NCBI GenBank assembly: GCA_020833025.1
Contig: JAJHRB010000031.1
Location: 1 to 17,415 of the forward strand
DNA length: 17,415 nucleotides
Direction: 5' to 3'
Source: Thermoproteaceae archaeon
GTDB lineage: Archaea > Thermoproteota > Thermoprotei > Thermoproteales > Thermoproteaceae
The position numbers and the translations under genes are program-made. Numbering within the stretch: position 1 is the first letter of the stretch; each line of letters starts with the position of its first letter. The notes beneath the pieces were generated by a model. The model was not told the DNA's origin, did no database searches, and saw nothing but the letters and a program-made list of their open reading frames with translations. Positions 1 through 6,656 of the stretch are shown here, in pieces.

Positions 1-1
1 C

Positions 2-776
2 CTAACAAGCGTAATCGTGCCTAACAAATATGGGGAGGCCTGTGTCAGGGTTAAGGAGGACTGCGTAATAGCCGGTATGGAGGAGGTGACCGAGTTCCTT
101 AGGTTACTCGGGCTAGAATTCACGGTACTAAGGGGCGATGGCGATGTGGCTAAGGCAGGTGATTGCGTGTTGATAATTTAGGGGTCAAAAACCCGATTTA
201 CTCAAGGTCGAGAGGGTTGTTTTGAACGTGCTCATGAGGGCCTCGGGCATAGCCACGATGACGAGGAGGATACTCGAGAGGGCCAGGAGTGTGAACCCAA
301 GGGTCAGGGTGGCCGCCACGAGGAAAACGACGCCATTCCTTAGATACCTAGAGAAGAAGGCCGTGGCCATTGGCGGCGGCGACCCTCACAGGTTCAGCCT
401 CAGCGATGCCGTGTTGATAAAGGACAACCACATAAGGGCCGTTGGAGGTCTCGAGAAGGCGATAATGCTGGCTAGAGAGAGGTCTCCCTTCACGGTGAAG
501 ATTGAGGTTGAGGTAGAAACAGTGGAGGATGCCATTAAGGCTGCGGAGTTGGGTGTCGACATAATAATGCTGGACAACATGAAACCTAGCGATGTGGCTA
601 AGGTGCATGAGGAATTGGTGAGGAGGGGCTTGAGGGATAGGGTTGTCCTCGAGGCGTCCGGAGGCATCAATGAGGATAATGTGGTTGAGTACGCTAGGTA
701 CGTCGATGTCGTGTCGATGGGGGCCCTGACGCATAGTTACAAGTCAATCGACATGAGCATGGACCTCATAAAGTAG
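2..776 (+). CDS. nadC: Nicotinate-nucleotide pyrophosphorylase (quinolinate phosphoribosyltransferase), 5'-truncated by the window, with a +1 frameshift at 177-179
   Basis: ORF 222-776 has QAPRTase motifs (ERVVLN..ASGIAT, ATRKTTP, LIKDNH, EVEVE, IMLDN, EASGGI). Frame 2 from base 2 reads LTSVIVPNKYGEACVRVKEDCVIAGMEEV...DGDVAKAGDCVLII, then TAG at 179-181. Removing one T from TTT (177-179) joins it to RGQKPDLLKVERVVLN. Confidence 0.92.
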
Positions 777-817
777 GCAAACCAATACTCACTACCGGAC
801 CTGCAATACGTAGGTAA

Positions 818-1171
818 TCAATAAAGAAGTAGCCTTCCCTCCCTGAGCCTCCCAGTCACCGGGTCTACCTCAAGCTCGAGTATCTCCAGTGTTGTTACGC
901 CGATGAGGACCTTATCGATTACGTCTGAAATCACCACAGGGACTATTTCCGACCTGCCCTCGAGCTCGATGAATGCCCTGGACCTATCAACCTCAATAAC
1001 GCCTGCGCCAGTCATTACCCCTGATTTAGCGGTGACCCTAAGCCCTAATTCATTGGCTATACTCCTCGGCACGACGGTCAACGCTGCCCCAGTATCTACG
1101 AGCGCCCTCGTTTCAATCATTCTCGATCTATCCTCATTACCTATCCTTACATTTACCCATACATGTCCCAC
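818..1171 (-). CDS. Clan AA (retropepsin-like) aspartic protease, archaeal single-domain type
   Basis: ALVDTGA catalytic motif and C-terminal LIGVTTLEILELEVDP. Start placed at GTG 1171 (MGHVWVNVRIGN), 25 nt downstream of a TATA-like CCTTAAAA (1203-1196). The track's ATG at 1195 abuts that TATA. Confidence 0.88.
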   Translation of the reverse strand: MGHVWVNVRIGNEDRSRMIETRALVDTGAALTVVPRSIANELGLRVTAKSGVMTGAGVIEVDRSRAFIELEGRSEIVPVVISDVIDKVLIGVTTLEILELEVDPVTGRLREGRLLLY

Positions 1172-1195
1172 AATACTGCTTCGTATCACAATCAT

Positions 1196-1203
1196 TTTTA
1201 AGG
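1196..1203 (-). promoter_or_regulatory. TATA box of the protease gene (leaderless transcript)
   Basis: CCTTAAAA on the minus strand, 25 nt upstream of GTG 1171. Confidence 0.55.
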
Positions 1204-1428
1204 CTTTCGATAAATCAATTTTTGAATTCGTCCTAAAGATGCTTTCTATCAGTTTTAACTTTAACCAAATACGCCAACACTCAGATTGCTACTTAACTGA
1301 ACATTCATGAACCAGCGGCTTACTCATTGGTGAAAAGAAAAGCAACTACGGATAGGGACTCGGCGGTAATGATGGGCGCCATTGACGAAGAAGCGATAAT
1401 AATTACTTGCTTATTGTAATACCCCGGG

Positions 1429-1446
1429 CACGCAAGGGCTTGCGTG
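1429..1446. promoter_or_regulatory. Perfect dyad CACGCAAG-GG-CTTGCGTG overlapping the permease start codon; candidate operator
   Basis: 8-bp perfect inverted repeat with a 2-nt spacer, read directly. It lies between an AT-rich TATA-like stretch (about 1411-1419) and GTG 1444. Confidence 0.45.
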
Positions 1447-2452
1447 ACTCGGGTCGTTAGTAGGGAGCTTAGGAGGAATGCCGCTGGGTTCCTTGGTTCG
1501 CTGTATAACTCATTGGCTGGGCAGGCGCCGGCTTATAGCGTTGCTAGTGGGGCTGCCCTTATAATGGGTTCTGCGTTTGCCGCCGCGCCCCTGGCAATGC
1601 TGTTGACGCTGCTTGGTGTGTTGGCTATTGTTTACTCAATCTTCGTAATGACGCGTAGGTACCCGCATGCGGCGAGTTTCTACGCTTACGTTACCAACAC
1701 CCTGAACTCCAGGGTTGGGTTCTTCAACGGCATTATTTATACGGTGTTCTACAGTAATAATCGGTGTTGGCTCTGTGGCCATAGCTTTCGCATACCTCGG
1801 TGCGGAGGGTATATACGCAGTCACCGGGTACCTCATAAACCCATTATACCTACTCCCTTATACCTACTCTCAATACCCATAGTCCTCGCCCTAGTACCAG
1901 CCGTGCTCGGAATCAGGCCAAGCATTAGAACGGAGGCTTCGTTGACGAGTATCGAGATAGCGATATTGCTGTTATTCATTGCTCTGTCCTTCGCGGCGAA
2001 CATGAGCAAGCTCTCGCCGTTGCCATTCACGCTACAGGGAACCTACCAAACGAGCCCTGGCGGGGTCCTGATGGCCCTATCGGGCGGTTTGGTTTTTGCA
2101 ATTTCGAGGTTAGTACACAGATTTCCGAGGAGGTTAGGAATCCCAGGAAGAATGTACCCACGAGCACGCTGTGGGCCACGGTATTCATGGGGATACTATA
2201 CATATTCGTAACCTACGCCATAATACTCAACATAGGCTACTCACAAAGTGCCATTCAGAATTTCGTTAATGAGGACGATGGCATGGGCCCGAATCTGTAT
2301 GCATTGATTGGGCATTATCTTGGCGAGGCGGGCCTCATACTCTTTGCAATAAGCGTTACACCCAGGTAGTAATCCATCCCTAGCCATGCCATAGAGCATC
2401 CTGGCCGTAGCATTCAGCGTGGCTAGGTAGCACCCAAACACACTCAGCACGC
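1444..2452 (+). pseudogene. APC-family amino acid permease, disrupted (+1 at ~1756, 14-bp duplication 1844-1869, frameshifting deletion at ~2103, inversion 2357-2448, 3' part missing)
   Basis: Reconstructed pieces: ...SLAGQAPAYS...YPHAASFYAYV...VFYS / IIGVGSVAIAFAYLG...INPLYLL / SIPIVLALVPAVLGIRPSIR...GLVFAI / FEVSTQISEEVRNPRKNVPTSTLWATVFMGILY...LILFAISV / (minus strand) LSVFGCYLATLNATARMLYGMARDGLLP. All are typical APC segments in the expected order. Confidence 0.88.
2353..2452. other. Local inversion of permease coding sequence bounded by 4-bp inverted microhomology (GCGT 2353-2356 / ACGC 2449-2452)
   Basis: Re-inverting 2357-2448 gives in-frame ATA AGC GTG CTG AGT GTG TTT GGG (ISVLSVFG...), continuing the permease. 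Confidence 0.85.
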
Positions 2453-2505
2453 CGGGATGCGGGGAGGCAGGGCACGCCTGGAGAGCCGCGCCGCGGCCTT
2501 CCGTG

Positions 2506-3198
2506 TTACTTGAGCCCGAGCTCTATCTGAAGCCTCGGCGAGAAGCGAAATCCGTACTTAAGGCACAGCGCCGCCACGGCGGGAGCCGCTCTCGCGTACT
2601 CCTCTCTCGTCGCGGCGAGGGGCATGAGCATCACGCGCTCCCTCGACGCCGTGACCGTCCTGCGCAGAGCGGGGTGCGTTAGTATCTCTAGCACGTCGCG
2701 CTCGTCAGCAACGGCGAACTTGAAGTACGCCTTGCTGCTGCGCGCAAAGAACTCAAGCACGCCCTCCCTGATCCTGAGACTCTCGGGCACGTCCGAGTTG
2801 CTGAGCTTCGGGGACACGTTATACTGGTCCACTACCTCGTCCAGCTCGGCGCGGGGCATCAGCGTTGCGTTTGTCTCAACTTCAACGCACAGCCCGGGCA
2901 CGTGCGACTTGAGCGCGCGGAGGAGCTTCGCGAGCCCCTCCTGCTGCAGCAGCGGCTCCCCACCGGTCACCACTAGGTGCGCCCCCCTCTCAAGCGCCTT
3001 CCTGTGTTCCAGAACCCCTCCTAGCAGACGCTCTATCGGGACCTCCTCTCCCCGTTCCCAGGCGTGCTTCGTGTCGCAGTACCTGCAGCGCAGGTTGCAC
3101 CCCCGCAGTCTGATAAAAACTGCCGGCGTGCCTGCCGTGATGCCCTCTCCCTGCAGCGAGTAGAACACCTCGGTTACTGCCAGCGCCAGCCCCGTCAC
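2506..3198 (-). CDS. queE: 7-carboxy-7-deazaguanine synthase QueE (radical SAM)
   Basis: EVFYSLQGEG...PAVFIRLRGCNLRCRYCDT (CX3CX2C), VVTGGEPLLQ, EVETN, SPKL, RFSPRLQ. Similarity starts at about 3180. Start set at GTG 3198, with TATA-like CTTAAAAG at 3250-3243. The track's extension to 3366 looks non-homologous. Confidence 0.88.
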   Translation of the reverse strand: MTGLALAVTEVFYSLQGEGITAGTPAVFIRLRGCNLRCRYCDTKHAWERGEEVPIERLLGGVLEHRKALERGAHLVVTGGEPLLQQEGLAKLLRALKSHVPGLCVEVETNATLMPRAELDEVVDQYNVSPKLSNSDVPESLRIREGVLEFFARSSKAYFKFAVADERDVLEILTHPALRRTVTASRERVMLMPLAATREEYARAAPAVAALCLKYGFRFSPRLQIELGLK

Positions 3199-3481
3199 GG
3201 CTCTCGCCGCTCTCCCCCCATGAGCCCTCCTGGAGCCAGCCGCTTTTAAGCCGCGCGCCGCGGGGCGCGCCCCGGCGCAGAGTTCCCGATTCAGAGGGGG
3301 AGAGAAAGGGAGCGGGCTAGGCCAAAAGCCGCAGCGCGCGGTTTGCAAAAGCGTGACCAGCGCCATTAGAGCCCCTGCATCAGGACCCCCGGCACAGACC
3401 TCTGTAAACAGGAAACAGGCCCCTGGAGCAGCGCAAGGCCTCTGGCTTCCATTCCTGCAAATTCGCGCTGTTTCGTGAAGA

Positions 3482-3760
3482 ATGTCGCCCTAGGCGCGGC
3501 AGAAAGTCGCTGCGCTTTTGAGGGTGCAGGAGGAGTTCCGCACGTGGACCGCCGAGCGGGCGAGAAGCGGCGTGGAGTCTGCTTTGCGAAAAATGCGGCG
3601 AGGTTTATCGTCAAGCCGGCGCGAAAATGCAGGAGCCGCCAGAGAGGCGCGTTAGCTGCCCGAGGTGCGGCCTAGAGGCGAGCAGGGATGAAGCGTCCAT
3701 CATGCGGGCAGTGAAGCGCTTTGACGAGCTGCTCCAGGCCGCAAAGTTCCAATCCCGCTC
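3482..3760 (+). mobile_element. Probable decayed, internally deleted IS200/IS605 TnpB-like (zinc-ribbon) remnant
   Basis: Frame 3 gives CEKCG...GAKMQEPPERRVSCPRCGLEASRDEASIMRAVKRF, resembling the TnpB C-terminal CxxCG..RD zinc ribbon, with no in-frame start upstream of CEKC. Frame 2 gives MSP*ARQKVAALLRVQEEFRTWTAERARSG, a helical fragment interrupted by a stop. Family assignment is from recall, not a search. Confidence 0.4.
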
Positions 3761-3932
3761 TTTTTCCTCCCTGAAATCCTTATTAATTCTGCCGGCACTC
3801 TGGCGCACGGATAGGCTGCCGCGTTACAGCATTGCCGCCCTCAAACCGCCTAGGTACAACCTGCCTAGCCGCGCCACTCCGCCGCCGAGCCCCCGGGACG
3901 CGCCAGGCCTCCCGGGACCTCCGGCTCCCGGA

Positions 3933-4343
3933 GTGCGGAGGGGAGTTGAAGGGGGGCGCCCGCGCGCTCCCAGCTACGTCTTGTTTCTTGAGTGCCCGGA
4001 CCACGTGGCAGTCACGGCCAGCACGGCGTTTAAGATACGCGCCGGCATCTACGCGTATGTCGGCTCTTGTGGCCTCTCCTGTCTTAAGAGGCTGGCGAGA
4101 CACCTAGCGCGGCCTGCATCAAGGCGCTGGCACGTCGACTACCTCAACTGCAAGTCGCTTTACGCCATCATAACGCCGCTCGCTGAGAGCGAGCTCGCAG
4201 GACTTCTCGCTGGCAGCTGCGAGTACGTGCCGGGCTTCGGCTCGACGGACGACAGGCACGCGCCGAGCCACCTATTCCGCTGCGACCTCCCCGGCATTTT
4301 GCGCGCGCTGCGGTCTTTTTATCCGGCCCACGCGTCTCCATGA
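3933..4343 (+). CDS. GIY-YIG (Uri superfamily, DUF123-like) endonuclease
   Basis: SYVLFLEC...GIYAYVGSC...RLARH...RRWHVDYL...GFGSTDD..SHLF matches the archaeal DUF123 pattern. Start (GTG 3933) is uncertain; upstream parts of ORF 3627-4343 look unrelated. Confidence 0.8.
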   Translation: MRRGVEGGRPRAPSYVLFLECPDHVAVTASTAFKIRAGIYAYVGSCGLSCLKRLARHLARPASRRWHVDYLNCKSLYAIITPLAESELAGLLAGSCEYVPGFGSTDDRHAPSHLFRCDLPGILRALRSFYPAHASP

Positions 4344-4786
4344 GCTGGATTGAGAGGTTCGTAACAGACGCCGAGAGAGTGCTCAGAATACCCCGCGAGA
4401 GGCTCGAGGAATTTATAAAGTGCATGCTGGAGGGACCGGACAGAATAGAACAGTGGGTCGATGAGGCACAACTCTCAAGTCTCGACTTCCTGACTCTCAC
4501 AGCAATGTATGCTATTTACAAAGCCGAGGACAGAGTAGTAGGCATGCTTTCAAGCGCGGAACTCAGAGTGGACGAGGCAGTCGGCCTCGCGTCAGTGGTT
4601 TTCGCAAGCGCACTCAACGCACTCCCGCCAGAGGATAGAAAGCTCGTGCTTGCGCAGTTTGTTATCGCCACGGCGCTCCAGCTGGATGACCAGGCCCTCA
4701 AGGACTCTCTCACGCAGTACGCTGCGCTGCTAGTAGACGAGGCTCTGTCCTCGGAGGGCGGAGAGGGGCAGCGCGGCGGGGCCTAG
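4340..4786 (+). CDS. Hypothetical all-helical protein, 148 aa
   Basis: ATGA overlap with the nuclease stop, host-like codon usage and protein-like composition. No family recognised. Confidence 0.8.
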   Translation: MSWIERFVTDAERVLRIPRERLEEFIKCMLEGPDRIEQWVDEAQLSSLDFLTLTAMYAIYKAEDRVVGMLSSAELRVDEAVGLASVVFASALNALPPEDRKLVLAQFVIATALQLDDQALKDSLTQYAALLVDEALSSEGGEGQRGGA

Positions 4787-4951
4787 GCGAGCTCCGGCAC
4801 GCACGCCGGGAGCCGGTGCCGCCGCGAGGGGCGTTGAGACTGGCGAACACCAAGCGCACGCCTTTGGCCGGCTCTGCGCCCCCGCTAGCGGCGCTCTCCG
4901 CCAGCAGGCCTGGGCCCGGGCGCGCGCCGCGACAGAGCTCTCGATCGCGGC

Positions 4952-4966
4952 AGAAATGCTTAAAAG
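4952..4966 (+). promoter_or_regulatory. BRE/TATA-like motif (AGAAA-TG-CTTAAAAG) upstream of the solitary CRISPR repeat
   Basis: The only AT-rich patch in a GC-rich intergenic region. It predicts a start at about 4988-4992, just before the repeat at 4996. It could instead be the T-tract terminator of the phosphorylase on the minus strand. Confidence 0.55.
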
Positions 4967-4995
4967 GGCGCGGGGAGGCGCGGCCAGAGGGCCCT

Positions 4996-5019
4996 GAATC
5001 TCAAAAGAAGGATTGAAAG
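4996..5019 (+). CRISPR. Solitary 24-bp CRISPR-type repeat GAATCTCAAAAGAAGGATTGAAAG (no array)
   Basis: It ends in the canonical ATTGAAAG 8-nt handle. It differs at 2 of 24 positions from the Pyrobaculum/Thermoproteus repeat as I recall it (GAATCTCAAAAAGAGGATTGAAAG). No second copy found in the window. Confidence 0.7.
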
Positions 5020-6482
5020 TACCGCTCCAGGTAGCCGTACTCGCGGAACGCTCTGTCCATCGAGAAGTACTCCCGGAACGTGGCGTACGCGTTATACGCA
5101 ACCTCCCAATACCTGCTGCTGCTGTATGCGTCGAGCGCCTCCTCGACCTTGCGCTTGAAGTCATCGTACTCCCTCAGCTCCACCTCGGGGCTATCCAGCG
5201 GCAGCAGCACGTCCCTGTTGTCGCCGAAGAGCCAGCCGTTGAAGCCGTCCCTGATAGCCTCGACCGCGGCCCCGTCTCTCGAGGCTACTGACGGCACGCC
5301 GTTAATGCCGGCCTTCATGAAGGACGTGCCGGAGGCCTCCCAGCCGCTGAACGGCGTGAAGAGCCAGATGTCCGACGCCCATATTACCCTCCTGGCCGTG
5401 TCTACTGTGAGGTCAGGAAAGTAGTACACGTTGCTCCTAGATCTCGCGAGCTCCTTGAACTTCTTCATCATGTGGAGGCCGAACTTGTCGTGCGGGTGCG
5501 CGCGCCCGCCGAGTATGAACACGGCGTCGCTCTTAAGCTCCTCGATGAGCTGCGCCACAAAGTGAGGCCTCTTGTACTGGGTCACTCGGCGGGCCCACGA
5601 GATGACAACCTTGCCCTCGGCGCCCGCTCCGAGTGCCCTCAGCGCCTCCCTCTTGACCTCTTTTCTCGCTGCTCTCAGCTCGTCCGCGCTCTTGACTCCC
5701 GAGACCCTCGGGTGCTCCCACCGCGGTATCTCCACGGCGTTTGTCACGGCTCTGAACTTGAAACAGTGGTGGGGGAATATCCTGCAGACAACTCTCATCA
5801 TCTTCTTCGACACGGTGACCCCCTCGGAGCTCATTGCAAGCCCAAGCTCTGCCGCGACGACCGGATCCATCGCCGTGTCAAAGCCGAACTCGTCGCTGAA
5901 CAGCTTCTTGTGGAACGCGGGAAAGCACCAGGGAGCCGGGGTGTGTATGACTAGCCTGGCGCGCGGGTGGCGCCTGAAGAGCAGCACGAACGCCGCGTAT
6001 GACTCCTGCAGGTCGAGGTACTTGACGCTGTCCCAGCCGACAAATTGCTCGATGTAATTAACGGCCCCCCTCGCGAGTATTAAATACTTGTAGAACCTAT
6101 CGCGCTCAGACCCCTCCAGATACAGCCGGCCTGCCGCCCTGACGGCCCATTCAGGCCCCTCGACTTTTATGAAGACTGCCGTCGCGCTGCCCTGCCTGTA
6201 GGCGTAGTAAGATGCGAGCACTCTACCTCCCCCGAGCTGAAGCTCCGAGCCGCCGGCGTATACAAGCCTCTCATCCAGCGGGTTCTCCTCGGGCGCCGGG
6301 ACGAGCTCCCCGCCCTCCTCTCTGTACGTCACGTAGCCCTGCGGGTAGTACAGCGTTATCACCGTGTAGGGGATATTGAGCCTCGCAGCGGCGTAAAACT
6401 TGTCGCCCTCGAGCACGCCCAGACCGCCGGCGTAGCCCCTCATGAAGTCGAGCGCCAGCTCCGGCGTCACGGACACGATCAC
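5001..6482 (-). CDS. glgP: Alpha-glucan (glycogen/maltodextrin) phosphorylase, compact archaeal GT35 form
   Basis: YAGGLGVLEGD (N-terminal motif), IHTP, VTNAV, WARRVTQYKR, GGRAHPHD, WEASGTSFMKAGING (PLP-lysine motif). Confidence 0.9.
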   Translation of the reverse strand: MIVSVTPELALDFMRGYAGGLGVLEGDKFYAAARLNIPYTVITLYYPQGYVTYREEGGELVPAPEENPLDERLVYAGGSELQLGGGRVLASYYAYRQGSATAVFIKVEGPEWAVRAAGRLYLEGSERDRFYKYLILARGAVNYIEQFVGWDSVKYLDLQESYAAFVLLFRRHPRARLVIHTPAPWCFPAFHKKLFSDEFGFDTAMDPVVAAELGLAMSSEGVTVSKKMMRVVCRIFPHHCFKFRAVTNAVEIPRWEHPRVSGVKSADELRAARKEVKREALRALGAGAEGKVVISWARRVTQYKRPHFVAQLIEELKSDAVFILGGRAHPHDKFGLHMMKKFKELARSRSNVYYFPDLTVDTARRVIWASDIWLFTPFSGWEASGTSFMKAGINGVPSVASRDGAAVEAIRDGFNGWLFGDNRDVLLPLDSPEVELREYDDFKRKVEEALDAYSSSRYWEVAYNAYATFREYFSMDRAFREYGYLERYFQSFF

Positions 6483-6502
6483 GGCCCCGCGCCGGGCGGG
6501 CG

Positions 6503-6636
6503 GGCATAAAACTATTGCTCACATCAGCACGCAAGTCCCCGGCCGGTGAGCCGCGCCCTCTCTGCCAGCGGCGGCTCCCGCATCTGCTCCAGCCCTCTTG
6601 CAGGCTTGCCGCCGGGCGCCAGAAAATGATTTATGC
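6503..6636. promoter_or_regulatory. Divergent leaderless promoters for glgP and the GH57 gene
   Basis: Minus strand TTTTATGC about 25 nt before GTG 6482. Plus strand AGAAAA-TGA-TTTATGC about 22 nt before GTG 6657. Confidence 0.6.
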
Positions 6637-6656
6637 GCGTGACAGCCCGCCGCGCC

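Noticed and set aside
3199-3366. 56-aa N-terminal extension of the queE ORF
   Set aside because: No QueE similarity, and it spans the TATA-like box at 3243-3250; likely a chance open frame in GC-rich DNA.
3746-3769. Minus-strand GAGGAAAAAGAGCGGGATTGGAAC as a degenerate second CRISPR repeat
   Set aside because: It needs several mismatches and an indel, has no leader or partner repeat, and is compatible with chance.
3627-4343. Apparent zinc ribbon-GIY-YIG fusion protein of 238 aa
   Set aside because: The linker is low-complexity Pro/Arg/Gly text across a TATA-like, probably noncoding region; more likely accidental read-through of two unrelated parts.
5020-5120. Second repeat about 35-45 nt after the solitary repeat
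   Set aside because: No repeat-like sequence found; the region is plain glgP coding sequence.
5001-6482. Unusually short (493 aa) glucan phosphorylase as a novelty
   Set aside because: Compact GT35 phosphorylases are already known from Thermoproteales, and the catalytic motifs are intact.
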